Positions 7,978 to 18,160 are shown, counted from the first letter of the stretch. The stretch: DNA of 40,602 nt from a virus (IMGVR_UViG_3300017747_002573:1-40602); one strand, 5' to 3'. The notes: generated by a model from the letters alone, not told the origin. Numbers and translations: made by a program.

Positions 7978-9822
7978 TTATTTAGCGGTGTCGCTGGTAG
8001 CGGATAGAACCCCAGTCAATTCCGCCTGCTTTCTGAAACTATCCGCAAGCGTCTGTATGTTTTCTTTTGTGCCCTCTCTCATCAAAGAGGCGGACAATTT
8101 CGGGTCAAGCATGGCATCTGAAATCAGACCCCTAATGCTTTCGTCAGGCAGCTTGTAAAGCCAGGACATCGGACGGGTCATGGTCGCAAGGGCTGGCGGC
8201 AGTTCTTTTATGTCCTTGCCTAGTGTCCGGCCAAGAATGTTCGCGACCGATAGCTGGCCGTTGACCGCTAAGTTGGCGGCAGTATCAGAACCTGATATTT
8301 TGATGTTCGCCGCATTGGACGCCGCAGCTCCACGGTCGAGGTCGGCAGCAACCATCTGCATTTTCTGAAGCTGGCCCTTTGTCATTACCTCACGCAGATC
8401 AGGCATATTCTTGGTAACTACGTTTTTCCACTTTGGCTGCGAAAGGTAGCTACGCCCGGTCTGAATGTCAGGAGCGGAAAGGTCAGTTTTCTGCCTTATC
8501 TGCCCCATCGTCTGCGCCCGCTCAATCGGCCTTGAAAGCTGGCGATATTTGATCAAATACTCATTCCAGCTAGGCGCGACCTCCGTCATGGCAGAGTCAA
8601 TTGCCCTATTCACATCTCTAAGCTGCCCGCTGGCATAGCGCAATACAGACTCGTCGGAATTGACGAACTTGCCGTCAATGATCCGGCTGTTTTCCTTGCG
8701 TAGCGCATAGACCGCTCTCGGGTCTGTAATCAGCGCACCATTCTCGTCGAACATCTGGTTTCTGACAGATCGCAACGCATTCTGAACAGTGCGGCCTGCG
8801 TTTTCAGGGTTAGCCAAAAGGGAGTCAATGCGACTGACCACTGCCTGCGTCGGGACTTCCTTGCCTTGTGCCTGCTGGAATGCCCTATCGCGCAGGTTGG
8901 TCGTAATAGATTCCCTACGTGCTTCCAATGCAGCTACAGCCACATCATCGCCGCCCCTCGCAACCGTATCCAGCAGCCGTTGGCGGGCGTTATTCTGTTG
9001 AGAAGTTCTTTCTGCAAATGACGCCCCATTAAGGCCGCGCAATCGGTTCTCGAAATAGGCAATCCCAGGATCACGCGCAGCCTGCCCCGCTGTTGGCATA
9101 GAGCCGGGGACAAGGGGAACGGCACTGTCTAGGTTGCGGATAGCGTCATCTGCATTTGTAGCCGCCCCACGGATAGCGGCCCCGGCAATCTGCCTGCGGC
9201 CAACATCCGTCAATGGTTGCGCGCTACCAGCCACGGTCCTGCCTGTTGCAATTCCAGCGGGGATCAGGACTGAAGCGCCAATTCCAGACATCATCTGAGC
9301 AGAAGGACTCCCGCCCTGATCTGCCACATACTGAGGAACCATGCCAATGCCAAAGGCTTGCGCCGCTGTAATGGCCGCTTCTTTTGCCCCACCAGGATTC
9401 ATCGAAAGCGCAGCAGGCATGGCTGAACCGCCTGCAAACAAATACCGGGAGGCGGCATCATCTGGACGCTCTGGCCTTGTCTGCAAACCGCCCTTGCCCA
9501 TCAGTTTGCGGATATTGTCCGATGATCCATAGATGCCTGATCTGTCACTGTTGACCTCAAGTGCTTTCGGTACGCCCTTCCCTGATGCCGCCATGTACGC
9601 AGAGCCGAGCGCGGATTTACCGAGGTCAACAATGTTCGATACGAAGTCTACCGGCATCCCGAGCATTCCAGCGATACCGCTATTGCCGCCCGCCCCCAAT
9701 GCTTGCGCTCTGTTAGTTGCAGAAACAGGGCTGTCATCATCCAACCTGAAGCCAGCAGGAGGCGGCGGAATTTCATCATCCAGCATGAAGCCGGGGGGCG
9801 GGGGAGGGATGTTACTTGCCAC
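7978..9822 (-). CDS. Internal virion / DNA ejection protein (large)
   Basis: N-terminal PPPPGF.LDD repeats; Ala/Gly-rich; third of three ejection-type genes after the tail genes. Confidence 0.6.
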   Translation of the reverse strand: MASNIPPPPPGFMLDDEIPPPPAGFRLDDDSPVSATNRAQALGAGGNSGIAGMLGMPVDFVSNIVDLGKSALGSAYMAASGKGVPKALEVNSDRSGIYGSSDNIRKLMGKGGLQTRPERPDDAASRYLFAGGSAMPAALSMNPGGAKEAAITAAQAFGIGMVPQYVADQGGSPSAQMMSGIGASVLIPAGIATGRTVAGSAQPLTDVGRRQIAGAAIRGAATNADDAIRNLDSAVPLVPGSMPTAGQAARDPGIAYFENRLRGLNGASFAERTSQQNNARQRLLDTVARGGDDVAVAALEARRESITTNLRDRAFQQAQGKEVPTQAVVSRIDSLLANPENAGRTVQNALRSVRNQMFDENGALITDPRAVYALRKENSRIIDGKFVNSDESVLRYASGQLRDVNRAIDSAMTEVAPSWNEYLIKYRQLSRPIERAQTMGQIRQKTDLSAPDIQTGRSYLSQPKWKNVVTKNMPDLREVMTKGQLQKMQMVAADLDRGAAASNAANIKISGSDTAANLAVNGQLSVANILGRTLGKDIKELPPALATMTRPMSWLYKLPDESIRGLISDAMLDPKLSASLMREGTKENIQTLADSFRKQAELTGVLSATSDTAK

Positions 9823-10840
9823 GCGGCACCCATTCAGATCCGTTCCATTCCAAGACTTCGCCGGTCTGTGGATTGGTCGCCGTTTTCAGTCTTGAGGTCT
9901 GAGGCGGAATTGCCATCGGCAGCGGTGCATCAAAGCTACCAATAACGTCATCAGGATTGATCTTCCACCGAGTTGCAATGTCCCTGTAGCGCGGAAGAAC
10001 CGTTTTTTCATGCCTGTCTTTCTGCGACTTGTAGACATTCCCGGCCTGAGCAATAAAGTCCTCGCGCTGCGAAGGCGCAAGAATCTCGCCGCTTAATGCT
10101 TTGTTGTATGCGTTGACGATCTGGCCGGGAATGCCAGTCGTCTGCCTTGCGCTTGCATACTCACCTTCGCGAACCGTTGAGCCGGGATCAAGCATCTTCA
10201 TAAATCCGAATATCAACGACATATCGCCCGCAGCCGAAGGGTTCTGCGCTGCCTTCTGGATTTTCCCGTAAGCGTCGCCAATCGTGATGAAATCCTTGCT
10301 TGCGTCGTTGTATTCCCGGCGCAACTGCGCCACATCACCGAACTTAGGACCAGCAGAGGGGTCATCTGTTTTTGGCTGGAATTGCGGACTTACGGCAAGC
10401 CGCTTCCATGTGGCTGTGGTCGGGTCAAATTCCTCTGTAATTGAAAGGTTGTCTTTGTTGTAAGTGCGCGTCTTGTTTGGCTCGGCTGGCTTAACCTCGA
10501 CAGGCGGCTCATAGATAACCCGGCCATCTTTCGGATCGACAAGACGGCCCCCAACGCTCATTGGGCCTTGTGGCGGCGCTACTGGAGGCTCCATCCGCTT
10601 ACGCAGCATGGCTGCTTCCACGGCGCTCTTGTACGCCTCGTCACTCGCCCCTTGCCCTGCCTGTAACGCGCCTCCTAGAGCCTGTCCCATGCTTACAGGG
10701 AGCCTTGACGGGCCACCGGCCTGCATCAGTTGGGCGGAAATGGCGAGCATGGCCCGGCGCTTGGCTTCCTGACGGGCGGGATCGTCAACGAGGTTGCCGA
10801 ACTGCTGGCCGCTGCCGTAGAGATTGTCGAAAAGTCCCAT
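9812..10840 (-). CDS. Internal virion / DNA ejection protein
   Basis: GD.SLIF.FMKMLDPGS.VREGEY motif; position in the ejection cluster. Confidence 0.65.
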   Translation of the reverse strand: MGLFDNLYGSGQQFGNLVDDPARQEAKRRAMLAISAQLMQAGGPSRLPVSMGQALGGALQAGQGASDEAYKSAVEAAMLRKRMEPPVAPPQGPMSVGGRLVDPKDGRVIYEPPVEVKPAEPNKTRTYNKDNLSITEEFDPTTATWKRLAVSPQFQPKTDDPSAGPKFGDVAQLRREYNDASKDFITIGDAYGKIQKAAQNPSAAGDMSLIFGFMKMLDPGSTVREGEYASARQTTGIPGQIVNAYNKALSGEILAPSQREDFIAQAGNVYKSQKDRHEKTVLPRYRDIATRWKINPDDVIGSFDAPLPMAIPPQTSRLKTATNPQTGEVLEWNGSEWVPRGK

Positions 10841-10850
10841 TGTTACTTTC

Positions 10851-12218
10851 CTATGCTTGCATGACGAACGGGGCTGAGCCGTCGATTGGGTAGTGGATCG
10901 CGTAAGCCGTGCTGCCGTCCGGGTTGTAGTAGGTCGTCACGCGGTTATCGTGCTCCCACCGCATACCCGAGTTGGGGTCAATCCCGGCCATCGTGTTCTG
11001 CGTTGCGGGGTCAGCGTAGTCCGGGGTCGAGTACCCGCCGTAGCCCGTATCAGAGAACAGCCCCGCATAGGGGTCAGTCGTGCCGCTTGCGTTGATGTTC
11101 CCCGCCGTAGGCTGGTTGCGGAGGATCAACCCGGCGCCGATAGCAGCCCCGATAGGCCCGAGGGTTGCGAGGTTCATGCCCGCTGCGCCGCCTGTGGAAG
11201 CTGCGGCGCCACTTGCCGCACCTGTCGCCGCCTGCCCTGCAACGGGGGCGAGGGTAGGCATAGCGCCTGCGTTGATCGTGCCAGCACTGCCAAGCCACGA
11301 GTCAAAAGCAGTCCCGCCAAGCGAGCCAAGCCCGCCCCCGGCCGCCCCTGTCCCGGCACTCAGAAGCCCGCTAGTCGCGCCCTGATTGCCCAAAGCTGCC
11401 GCATTAGCGACGGTCGGCCCCTGTTGTGCTGCTGGCAGGGCTGAATTGGCCACGTTCAGCCCCGCAGGGGCGCTCCCGCCCCCGAGCAGCCCGCCGATGT
11501 AATCACCCGCTGCGCCGCTCAACCGACCGCCTAGAAGCTGGTCAATGCCGAGCGCCGTGCCCAAGAAGTTCGCGGTGTTGTTCGTGTAGTAGGGGTTGCT
11601 CTGCGAAGTTTCCTGCCCCGCTGCGTTCGCTACGCCCCCAATACGGCGTAGGAAATCGTCGAGGGACTGCCCCGGCTGGTCGGCTACCTGCTGCGCCCTA
11701 GCGTCCTGTGCGGCGCCCACAGCCCCTAATGCGTTGGCGTCCATGTACCCGGCCTGCGAGACCTGACCCGCCATGCCTGCGGCCTGCTGCTGCAATCCCC
11801 TGTCAAACTGGTACTGCCCGCCAAAATACTGCGTTGCGAGGTTGTTCAGTTGGTCGGCCCGAGGCGCATACGAGGCGGCAAGGTTCCGCCCGCTCCCGGC
11901 GAACTGGCTGGCAAGCTGATTTTGAGTGCCAAGCGCAGCCTGATTAAACAATCCCATCAAATGAGGATTGCTATCCTGAGATAGGTATTTCCCGTTGATA
12001 GAATCCGTGACGTAAGACGAGGCGGCAGCATTGGCAGGGCTTCCGGCCCTTGCCCGCTCTGCGGCCATGCGCTGTGCGTCAAGCGTAGCCTGCGACTGAC
12101 CGGCTAGGGTATTGGCCCCCAGCAGCCCCTGCGCGCCCTGTGCGCCTGATTGCAGGAACGGCGTGAGCCATGCCGGGGGCGTCGTGTTCCCGAAGCTCTG
12201 CGTGTAGTTAATTGCCAT
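10851..12218 (-). CDS. Internal virion / DNA ejection (pilot-like) protein
   Basis: Extremely Gly/Ala/Gln-rich; N-terminal P.W..PFLQ motif; position. Confidence 0.6.
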   Translation of the reverse strand: MAINYTQSFGNTTPPAWLTPFLQSGAQGAQGLLGANTLAGQSQATLDAQRMAAERARAGSPANAAASSYVTDSINGKYLSQDSNPHLMGLFNQAALGTQNQLASQFAGSGRNLAASYAPRADQLNNLATQYFGGQYQFDRGLQQQAAGMAGQVSQAGYMDANALGAVGAAQDARAQQVADQPGQSLDDFLRRIGGVANAAGQETSQSNPYYTNNTANFLGTALGIDQLLGGRLSGAAGDYIGGLLGGGSAPAGLNVANSALPAAQQGPTVANAAALGNQGATSGLLSAGTGAAGGGLGSLGGTAFDSWLGSAGTINAGAMPTLAPVAGQAATGAASGAAASTGGAAGMNLATLGPIGAAIGAGLILRNQPTAGNINASGTTDPYAGLFSDTGYGGYSTPDYADPATQNTMAGIDPNSGMRWEHDNRVTTYYNPDGSTAYAIHYPIDGSAPFVMQA

Positions 12219-12221
12219 TCG

Positions 12222-12542
12222 TTAACCCCAGCGGATATACAAAAAGGTGCGATCAACTTGGGCGTTGTTCGCATGGGTCAAGGTGAAAGAGCCGTTTGCA
12301 CGGGCGGAAACGTAAACATTGGCCGTCGCAGTTGCAGCATTGGCCGTGGTAGCGATCAGGACCGGGACCATCGACGACTCAAACTGGTTATCAAGGACCG
12401 TTGTGCTTGCAACGTTGGCCGTTAACGTTAACGTTCCGACATTGTTTGCACGTCCGCCTAAAACTTTGTTAAGCGTCTGGGCAAGCAGGATCGTATGGGT
12501 GCGTTCGTCCAGCCCGTCGAGAGGGACTAGCGGGAGGCTCAA
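12222..12542 (-). CDS. Small virion tail protein
   Basis: G..TLTAN.ASTTV...FTLTHANN...DRTF.Y motif; directly after the tail gene. Confidence 0.6.
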   Translation of the reverse strand: MSLPLVPLDGLDERTHTILLAQTLNKVLGGRANNVGTLTLTANVASTTVLDNQFESSMVPVLIATTANAATATANVYVSARANGSFTLTHANNAQVDRTFLYIRWG

Positions 12543-14038
12543 ACCTGATCCCCCTCTTCAAGGTCGAGCGCAAGGCCGATGGCCCTGTCAAACCCGCCCA
12601 CAATGGAAGTCCTGAACGCCACGAACCGGGCCTGTTCCCTGAAGTCGCAAACGCCTGTGCGCGAGGTCCGGCTAACCGCAGTGCCGAATGACAGGGATTC
12701 ATTGTCCTGCGCTTCACGAGCCGATATAGCCACTGTGAGGCCCGTGGGGTTGCCAGTGACCAATGGCCTAGCCCCACGCACAAAGATGCGCCCAAAGGGG
12801 TTAGCGTCGCTCTCAGCCGTATCCAGGGTTGCCGTCAGCGGAGAACCCGCAAAGGTTGCGAACTGACTGCCGCTAAAGCCGTGGATGGCTGGCGCCCCGC
12901 CCTGCCAGAATGACGAATCAAGGGTAACGTTCATGTCGTCAATGGACGTATACAGGCTGTCGAGCTGGTCCAGCGTGTAGCCGGTCGTATAGGACTGGAA
13001 CAATAGCTGGATGGCCTGCTCGCCCCACGACCACCGGCCCTCGTTGATGTTGTAGACAATCAGCCGGTCAGGGGCACCGGAGACCGCCGTGGTAGACGGA
13101 AACGCCCAATAGACGCACTTGTTCGTGAAGTCGAAGGCGGATGTCACCCGCTCCCGATAGCCTTGGTCAAAGTAGGAATAGAACCACTTATCGACCTTGC
13201 CATTCCCAATCGGCGTGACCGTCTGGCCGTTGGTGACGTAGAAACCGTCCGAGGCAAGGAAGTAGGACAGCCCGCCGATCTGGATCAGCGACTGCGGCGC
13301 CCAACAGCCGTGAGAGCTGTCTATTTCCTGTACCTGCCAGACGGAATCGCCGCCGACGTAGGTAAATCGATTGACCGCCCGCTGCTGGAAGACCAGCCCG
13401 TAGAACTGTCCGTTAGCGATGCCGGTTACAGCGCCATAGCCTGAGTTCAGGAACTGCTCTCCAGACTGGACAGCGCGAGCGGTTGACGTGCCAGGATCAG
13501 GCCAGTTGAGGGGATTGTCGATTGCCGCCCACTCAACCCGAGAGGGAATAGCACCGTTGGCCGTGTCGGACGTATCGCCCACCACCACAAAGCGGCCAAT
13601 CACGCCGATCTGCCGTGCTTTAGGGGCATCCGCAGACAGCGCGCCCATCGTCGAGGCAGATCCCACGGTTTTGAACCGGATGGAGTCGTTGTAGTTCGTG
13701 GCGATGACCAGATCGTCAAACTGGCAAAAGCGCCAGTAACCGTTCGTCGCCGTGTTGAAGGTCGTGGATGACAGGCTATTGAAGGATGCGCCGGTCTTCT
13801 CGTACAGGTTCGTCGCCGTCCCGACGTAAATCTCGGAGTCGCCCGCCGAGTCAATGGCAGCGAACGCGCCCTGGGGACGTGCGCCCAAGGTATCGCCCTG
13901 CCCGTCAATGGCGAGCATATCCTTGTAGTAGCCATCCACAGGGATGACGTTCTGGGCTTCTACTAGGCCGGGATTGTCGAGAAACGGTCTATCCGGCAAC
14001 CATTCGCCGTAGAGAATCCGCCCGTCTTCCTTGAGCAT
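12539..14038 (-). CDS. Tail tube/nozzle (DNA stabilization) protein
   Basis: YGEWLPD.P start; about 500 aa, beta-rich; follows the adaptor as in P22-like podoviruses. Confidence 0.75.
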   Translation of the reverse strand: MLKEDGRILYGEWLPDRPFLDNPGLVEAQNVIPVDGYYKDMLAIDGQGDTLGARPQGAFAAIDSAGDSEIYVGTATNLYEKTGASFNSLSSTTFNTATNGYWRFCQFDDLVIATNYNDSIRFKTVGSASTMGALSADAPKARQIGVIGRFVVVGDTSDTANGAIPSRVEWAAIDNPLNWPDPGTSTARAVQSGEQFLNSGYGAVTGIANGQFYGLVFQQRAVNRFTYVGGDSVWQVQEIDSSHGCWAPQSLIQIGGLSYFLASDGFYVTNGQTVTPIGNGKVDKWFYSYFDQGYRERVTSAFDFTNKCVYWAFPSTTAVSGAPDRLIVYNINEGRWSWGEQAIQLLFQSYTTGYTLDQLDSLYTSIDDMNVTLDSSFWQGGAPAIHGFSGSQFATFAGSPLTATLDTAESDANPFGRIFVRGARPLVTGNPTGLTVAISAREAQDNESLSFGTAVSRTSRTGVCDFREQARFVAFRTSIVGGFDRAIGLALDLEEGDQV

Positions 14039-14655
14039 TAGACTGCCACCATCATCGGGGCATCGTGCTGCTCATCGGCATAGCCTTCGCGGTAGGACCG
14101 GACAGCATCCGAATAGAACTGCCCCCAGACCGCAAGGCGCTTGTCATTCATCAGGAATGACTGAGCCTCGACCAGTGCCCCGTAAAGGGGAAGGTCTGGC
14201 GCGTTCGTAATGATCCAGTTGATGCCGTCTGAGTCATTCCGCAGCAGCGTCGGCTTGGCGTAGTACGTCCCTGCCATGACGAGGCCGCTGGACCCAACAG
14301 GCCCAAACTCGAAATTATCGCCGTTGCGGGAGAAGTAGGCCGGGGTTCCAGCGCCACCATTACGGGGATACCGCGAATAAAGCTGGTCGAGTGAAATGCG
14401 CTTCAATGGCAGATATGCTTGGCCCGAGATATAGGCGATCTTCATGGCAAGGTAATCAGACGGGACCGCCGCCACGCCGTTTGCAATGGTGATGGACAGC
14501 GCCGACTCCATCCACCGTGCCCAATTGTCAGGGTTGCGGTAGAACTTTTCTTCCCAATTCTGGATGAAATTCGGAATATAGGTCGTCAGGTCTGAGCGCG
14601 CAAGGTAGTCACCGACAGCGGTTTGCAGCGTCGTGTAGTCTGTAATTACGGCGAT
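14038..14655 (-). CDS. Head-tail adaptor protein (about 205 aa; probable ATC start at 14655)
   Basis: The frame stays open 48 codons upstream of the ORF-track ATG and encodes AVITDYTTLQTAVGDYLARSDLTTYIPNFI, the usual adaptor N-terminus; C-terminal NWII.NAPDL.LYGAL.EA..FL.ND motif. Confidence 0.75.
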   Translation of the reverse strand: MAVITDYTTLQTAVGDYLARSDLTTYIPNFIQNWEEKFYRNPDNWARWMESALSITIANGVAAVPSDYLAMKIAYISGQAYLPLKRISLDQLYSRYPRNGGAGTPAYFSRNGDNFEFGPVGSSGLVMAGTYYAKPTLLRNDSDGINWIITNAPDLPLYGALVEAQSFLMNDKRLAVWGQFYSDAVRSYREGYADEQHDAPMMVAV

Positions 14656-14661
14656 GGCGGC

Positions 14662-15114
14662 TTACTCCACGTGGGACCATTGTTCACGCCGAACGATTTT
14701 TCCAATCGTTCCCTGCGTGGTGTCGTACAAAGGGGCAATGTCAATTTGCATTGCGCCAAACAATGCAGCCTCTCTAATCCTTCGCACATCCTCGTCAATG
14801 AACTTAGCCATGTGGTGGCCAGTGCCCTTAGCTTTTAGTCCCCTGCCTTTGCTGTACATATCATTCATATTGTCTTGGTACGTTCCCAAGAAAAGATGAT
14901 CCACATTTATGCAAAGCGGGTTGTCGCATTTGTGCAGGACAAAAAGCCCATCTGGAATAGCCCCAACATTAGTAGTCCAAACAAGCCTGCTCGCAGTCCA
15001 TGTTTTTCCATTCTTCATAACCTTGGGGTATCCGCCAAAATTACGGGCCTTGCCGAGGTATTCATGGCAGCCGGAATCAGTAACCCGGTAGTTGTCTATA
15101 GACATTAGCGCCAT
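14662..15114 (-). CDS. HNH homing endonuclease (His-Me finger) with C-terminal HTH
   Basis: VLHKCDNPLCINVDHLFLGT.QDNM.DM motif; AT-richer than its flanks. Confidence 0.9.
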   Translation of the reverse strand: MALMSIDNYRVTDSGCHEYLGKARNFGGYPKVMKNGKTWTASRLVWTTNVGAIPDGLFVLHKCDNPLCINVDHLFLGTYQDNMNDMYSKGRGLKAKGTGHHMAKFIDEDVRRIREAALFGAMQIDIAPLYDTTQGTIGKIVRREQWSHVE

Positions 15115-15845
15115 TCTTCATGCTCCTTGGCCCGCTTCACCATGTCGGCGGGGTTCTCGCCTGACAAGTTCAGCGCGTCAATCAAGTTAGAGTTCCACTC
15201 GCGGGAATACTTCGATGCCGCGTAGTGCTTGAATCCTGGAATGCCGAGCGTGTGGTGGATCAGCTTGGGATCATCCGAACAGGACGACTCCCCCTCAAGG
15301 CTGTTCCACTCAATCGGCAGCTCGCCTATCTGCTCATCCCGCAGCCATTCAAAACGGTGCAACAGGGAACCTGGCGCCTCACGCACGAATTCAGGGGTAA
15401 GGATGCGGTTCCCGTAGTGCCCGCAGTTCCACAGAATCACGCTGCTTTGGTTCTTCTTGGGGTAGTCGGCGTTGTCATTCTCAATGGGACTGCCGATGTA
15501 CTTCCGACGATGGCGCGTCTTGTAATCGTGCTTCACGACACACAGCGCCTTGTCGAAGATGTGGTCGTTACGCATCCCCCATAGCTTGCTAATGTCGTCC
15601 GTTACCACCATGTCTCCGTCAACGAATATCGCCCAGCCGCGATACCCGCACAGGTAAGGGACAAGGAACCGCGAGTAGATAAAGGCGTTCGTGCCGTCCC
15701 GCTGGCCGTCAAAGTTATTCAGCAGCGGAGCATGGAGCGGGATGAATGAAACAGGGACCGACGAGCGCGAGATGACCGACTGGCAAAACGTGTGATACGC
15801 GACCGCTTCCCGAGGGTCGAAGCCGACGTAGATCGGGACGATCAA
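15105..15845 (-). CDS. GT-A glycosyltransferase (GT8 / plant CDI-like)
   Basis: IYVGFDPRE, FIYSRFLVP, FVDGDM (DxD), KNQSSVILWNC, LP.EWN.L and IHHTLG.P motifs. Confidence 0.85.
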   Translation of the reverse strand: MIVPIYVGFDPREAVAYHTFCQSVISRSSVPVSFIPLHAPLLNNFDGQRDGTNAFIYSRFLVPYLCGYRGWAIFVDGDMVVTDDISKLWGMRNDHIFDKALCVVKHDYKTRHRRKYIGSPIENDNADYPKKNQSSVILWNCGHYGNRILTPEFVREAPGSLLHRFEWLRDEQIGELPIEWNSLEGESSCSDDPKLIHHTLGIPGFKHYAASKYSREWNSNLIDALNLSGENPADMVKRAKEHEEWR

Positions 15846-16420
15846 ATGAGCTTGCTCCCGTCAACCGCCTCAATCTGCCGCTTTGGATGCCCGATCATGT
15901 AGAAGGCATGGTCGTGAATTCGCTGCATCGTCTGGATGTGGAACCGCGAGGCTAGCTTCGGCATCCACCATTCCATCGGCTCTTGGATCAGGTGCGCGTT
16001 ACGTCCGTCAGGCAGCACCTTTGCCGCAGGCCCGCAATGGACTGTCAGGATGGCGACGGCTTCAGTCAGCGAGGCAATGTGGTCCAGCACGTTGTCGAGC
16101 ATGTCCGGCTCGATATGTTCCAGAACGTCGATACAGGCGACCAGTTCAGCGGGCACCGGGGGCGATGCGAAGTCAGGCACGCCAGGATCGTAGCCCTGAT
16201 ATTTCAGCTTGTGGCCGGGCTTGATGGACTTCAGCAGGTTCGTGCTTTTGCCGCAGCCGTAGTCGAGCATGTGCCCGATTTCAAGCCGGTTGATAATCTC
16301 AGTGACGAGCGGCGCGTACTTCTTTGATGCAGTGCCGTAGTCATAGCGGGAGTGCATTTCCTCCTGTTGCGCCTTGTAGTGGTCAGAGATCAGCGGCTTG
16401 TTATCACTTGAAACGAGCAT
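15842..16420 (-). CDS. Class I SAM-dependent methyltransferase
   Basis: LDYGCGK, GYDPG, CIDVLEHI and GRNAHL motifs. Confidence 0.85.
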   Translation of the reverse strand: MLVSSDNKPLISDHYKAQQEEMHSRYDYGTASKKYAPLVTEIINRLEIGHMLDYGCGKSTNLLKSIKPGHKLKYQGYDPGVPDFASPPVPAELVACIDVLEHIEPDMLDNVLDHIASLTEAVAILTVHCGPAAKVLPDGRNAHLIQEPMEWWMPKLASRFHIQTMQRIHDHAFYMIGHPKRQIEAVDGSKLI

Positions 16421-17813
16421 GGAGATCCTTTGCTATCTGCTTAACGGTCCCTGACCAGTCCTTACCCTGCCGGTAGAGCTTTACGGACTTGTACCAAGGG
16501 ATAGAGTCGCCAGACTCGCCATAGCGCCATTGGGAGGTCGAGGGGATCATTACCCACGCCTCTTTCCCAAGAGCACCGGCAAGGTGGAACACAGAAGTTT
16601 GTATGCCTATCACCAAGTCGCACGAGGCGACCAGCGCGGCAGTGTCGTCGTAATCTCTGGTCAACGTGCCAAAGGGATACTGGACAACCGGCGTCCCTTG
16701 AATCTCTTGGCCAGCATCCTTGTATTGCAGCGATACCCAATGGGCATCCACCGCTTCAAAGATCGGCTTCCATTCGTCCAATGGGAGGCTTCGATGCTGA
16801 GCTGCATTTGCCCAAGTCCCCCCGCTCCAAGCGATGCCGATAACCGGCTTCTTCTTGGTCTCGAACAGCGCCCGCCACATCGTCACCCGTTCGGGATCAG
16901 GGACAAGGTAGGCCGTGCCTGGAAAGTCCTCATCGCTGTTCCGGTAGAGCTTGGCGACCTCAAAGGCAGACACCGAGTAATCAATCTGCTTGGGCGCATT
17001 CGGCCAGCGTTTGCCTTCTTCCTTCTTGGCCCACCGCGTGCCGTAAATAGAGGCTTCAGGGAATGACCGCTTAAACAGCCCTTCCAGCCTATGGTCACAG
17101 TCGACCGCGACTCGCTTGGAGTCCCGTATCACGTCTGGGAGCATGGATGCGGCGCATATCTCATCGCCTAATCCCTGCTCGCCATAGACAACAACCGTCT
17201 TGTCCTTGGTGCCGTCCCATATTGGCTCACTAGGCTGGCTGTATTTCTGGATCACCCGGCTGGCTGTGCCAATCGAGGCCGAATACATCTGCCAGCCTTC
17301 TTGCCACTTGTGTTGCGCGAGTAGGGACAGCCCGAGGTTATGACGGGCCAAAGGGTCTTTGTCGTTCAACTCGACAGCCTTTCTAGCGGGTTCTTCAGCC
17401 CGCTTGAACTGCCCAACGTCAAGATACGTTGACGCCGTGTTGTTGTAGTACAGGGACTTCTGCTTGTCCGACTTCGACCGCTGTAACGCCTTGCGATAAG
17501 CCGACAATGCCTCGTCAGTCCTCCACAGGTGCTGCGAGGTATGCCCAAGGGCGCACCACGTCTCAGACCGATCTGGACGGATGCTTACCGCATACTTGGC
17601 TGCGTAATACGCTGAAGCCGGACGCCCGCATTGCTTCAGTGCAGAAGCCAGGACCGTAAGCGCATGGGCGTCATCCGGGTTCTTCTTTAGATGATCCTCA
17701 AGCAGCTTGCAGGCTTCGTCCTGCTTGCCTTCCTGCGAGAGCTGGTTGGCCTTCGTAACCGTGGGATGCGTGATGTCGCGTGGGACTGCCTGAACCTCTG
17801 CGGTCATAGCCAC
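16404..17813 (-). CDS. TPR-repeat plus GT-B (GT9-like) glycosyltransferase
   Basis: N-terminal TPR-like repeats; EQGLGDEI, IGIAWSG, VSLQY, DTAALVASCDLVI..TSV.HLAGALG and WRY..PWY motifs. Confidence 0.85.
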   Translation of the reverse strand: MAMTAEVQAVPRDITHPTVTKANQLSQEGKQDEACKLLEDHLKKNPDDAHALTVLASALKQCGRPASAYYAAKYAVSIRPDRSETWCALGHTSQHLWRTDEALSAYRKALQRSKSDKQKSLYYNNTASTYLDVGQFKRAEEPARKAVELNDKDPLARHNLGLSLLAQHKWQEGWQMYSASIGTASRVIQKYSQPSEPIWDGTKDKTVVVYGEQGLGDEICAASMLPDVIRDSKRVAVDCDHRLEGLFKRSFPEASIYGTRWAKKEEGKRWPNAPKQIDYSVSAFEVAKLYRNSDEDFPGTAYLVPDPERVTMWRALFETKKKPVIGIAWSGGTWANAAQHRSLPLDEWKPIFEAVDAHWVSLQYKDAGQEIQGTPVVQYPFGTLTRDYDDTAALVASCDLVIGIQTSVFHLAGALGKEAWVMIPSTSQWRYGESGDSIPWYKSVKLYRQGKDWSGTVKQIAKDLHARFK

Positions 17814-18160
17814 GACTTAGGCCCCTTCAGGTCGTGGTGCTTCTCCGTCGTCTTCAGCATCGGGAAGTCTTGGTTGATGATGTCGAAGGCCCGTTGCAAA
17901 TGGTCCTTCTTGAAGATGTCCACCCCGTACTCGTACTTAAGCTTAAGAATCACCACCGGAGGGATGCGCGCATACAGGTGGATCGCGTCATTCTTCATCG
18001 AGGGCTTGTCGGCCAGCCCGTTGATGCGTTCCGTCTTTGCCAGCTCAAGGACCGGCTCTACGTCCTGCCGGTAGTGGATTTGCAGGCGGTTGTCGCCGTA
18101 GGTCTTGTCCTCCCACTGCTCCACCCCGCGCACCGGGTCATAATCCAGCCAAGTTGCCAT
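17804..18160 (-). CDS. Conserved virion-associated protein normally following the capsid gene
   Basis: QDVEPVLE..K and ARIP.VV motifs; ATG at 18160 with AGGAG RBS. Confidence 0.6.
   Translation of the reverse strand: MATWLDYDPVRGVEQWEDKTYGDNRLQIHYRQDVEPVLELAKTERINGLADKPSMKNDAIHLYARIPPVVILKLKYEYGVDIFKKDHLQRAFDIINQDFPMLKTTEKHHDLKGPKSWL

Noticed and set aside
14662-15114. Group I intron or intein explanation for the HNH in front of the adaptor
   Set aside because: The HNH ORF fills the whole insert with only 6 nt to spare, leaving no room for P1-P9 core elements. There are no intein Cys/Ser...His-Asn termini, and a stop codon intervenes.
15842-16420. DNA methyltransferase or DNA hypermodification role for the MTase/GT genes
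   Set aside because: No DPPY/NPPY or PC catalytic motif, no hydroxymethylase or own polymerase, and the location is in the late structural operon; not fully excluded without nucleoside analysis
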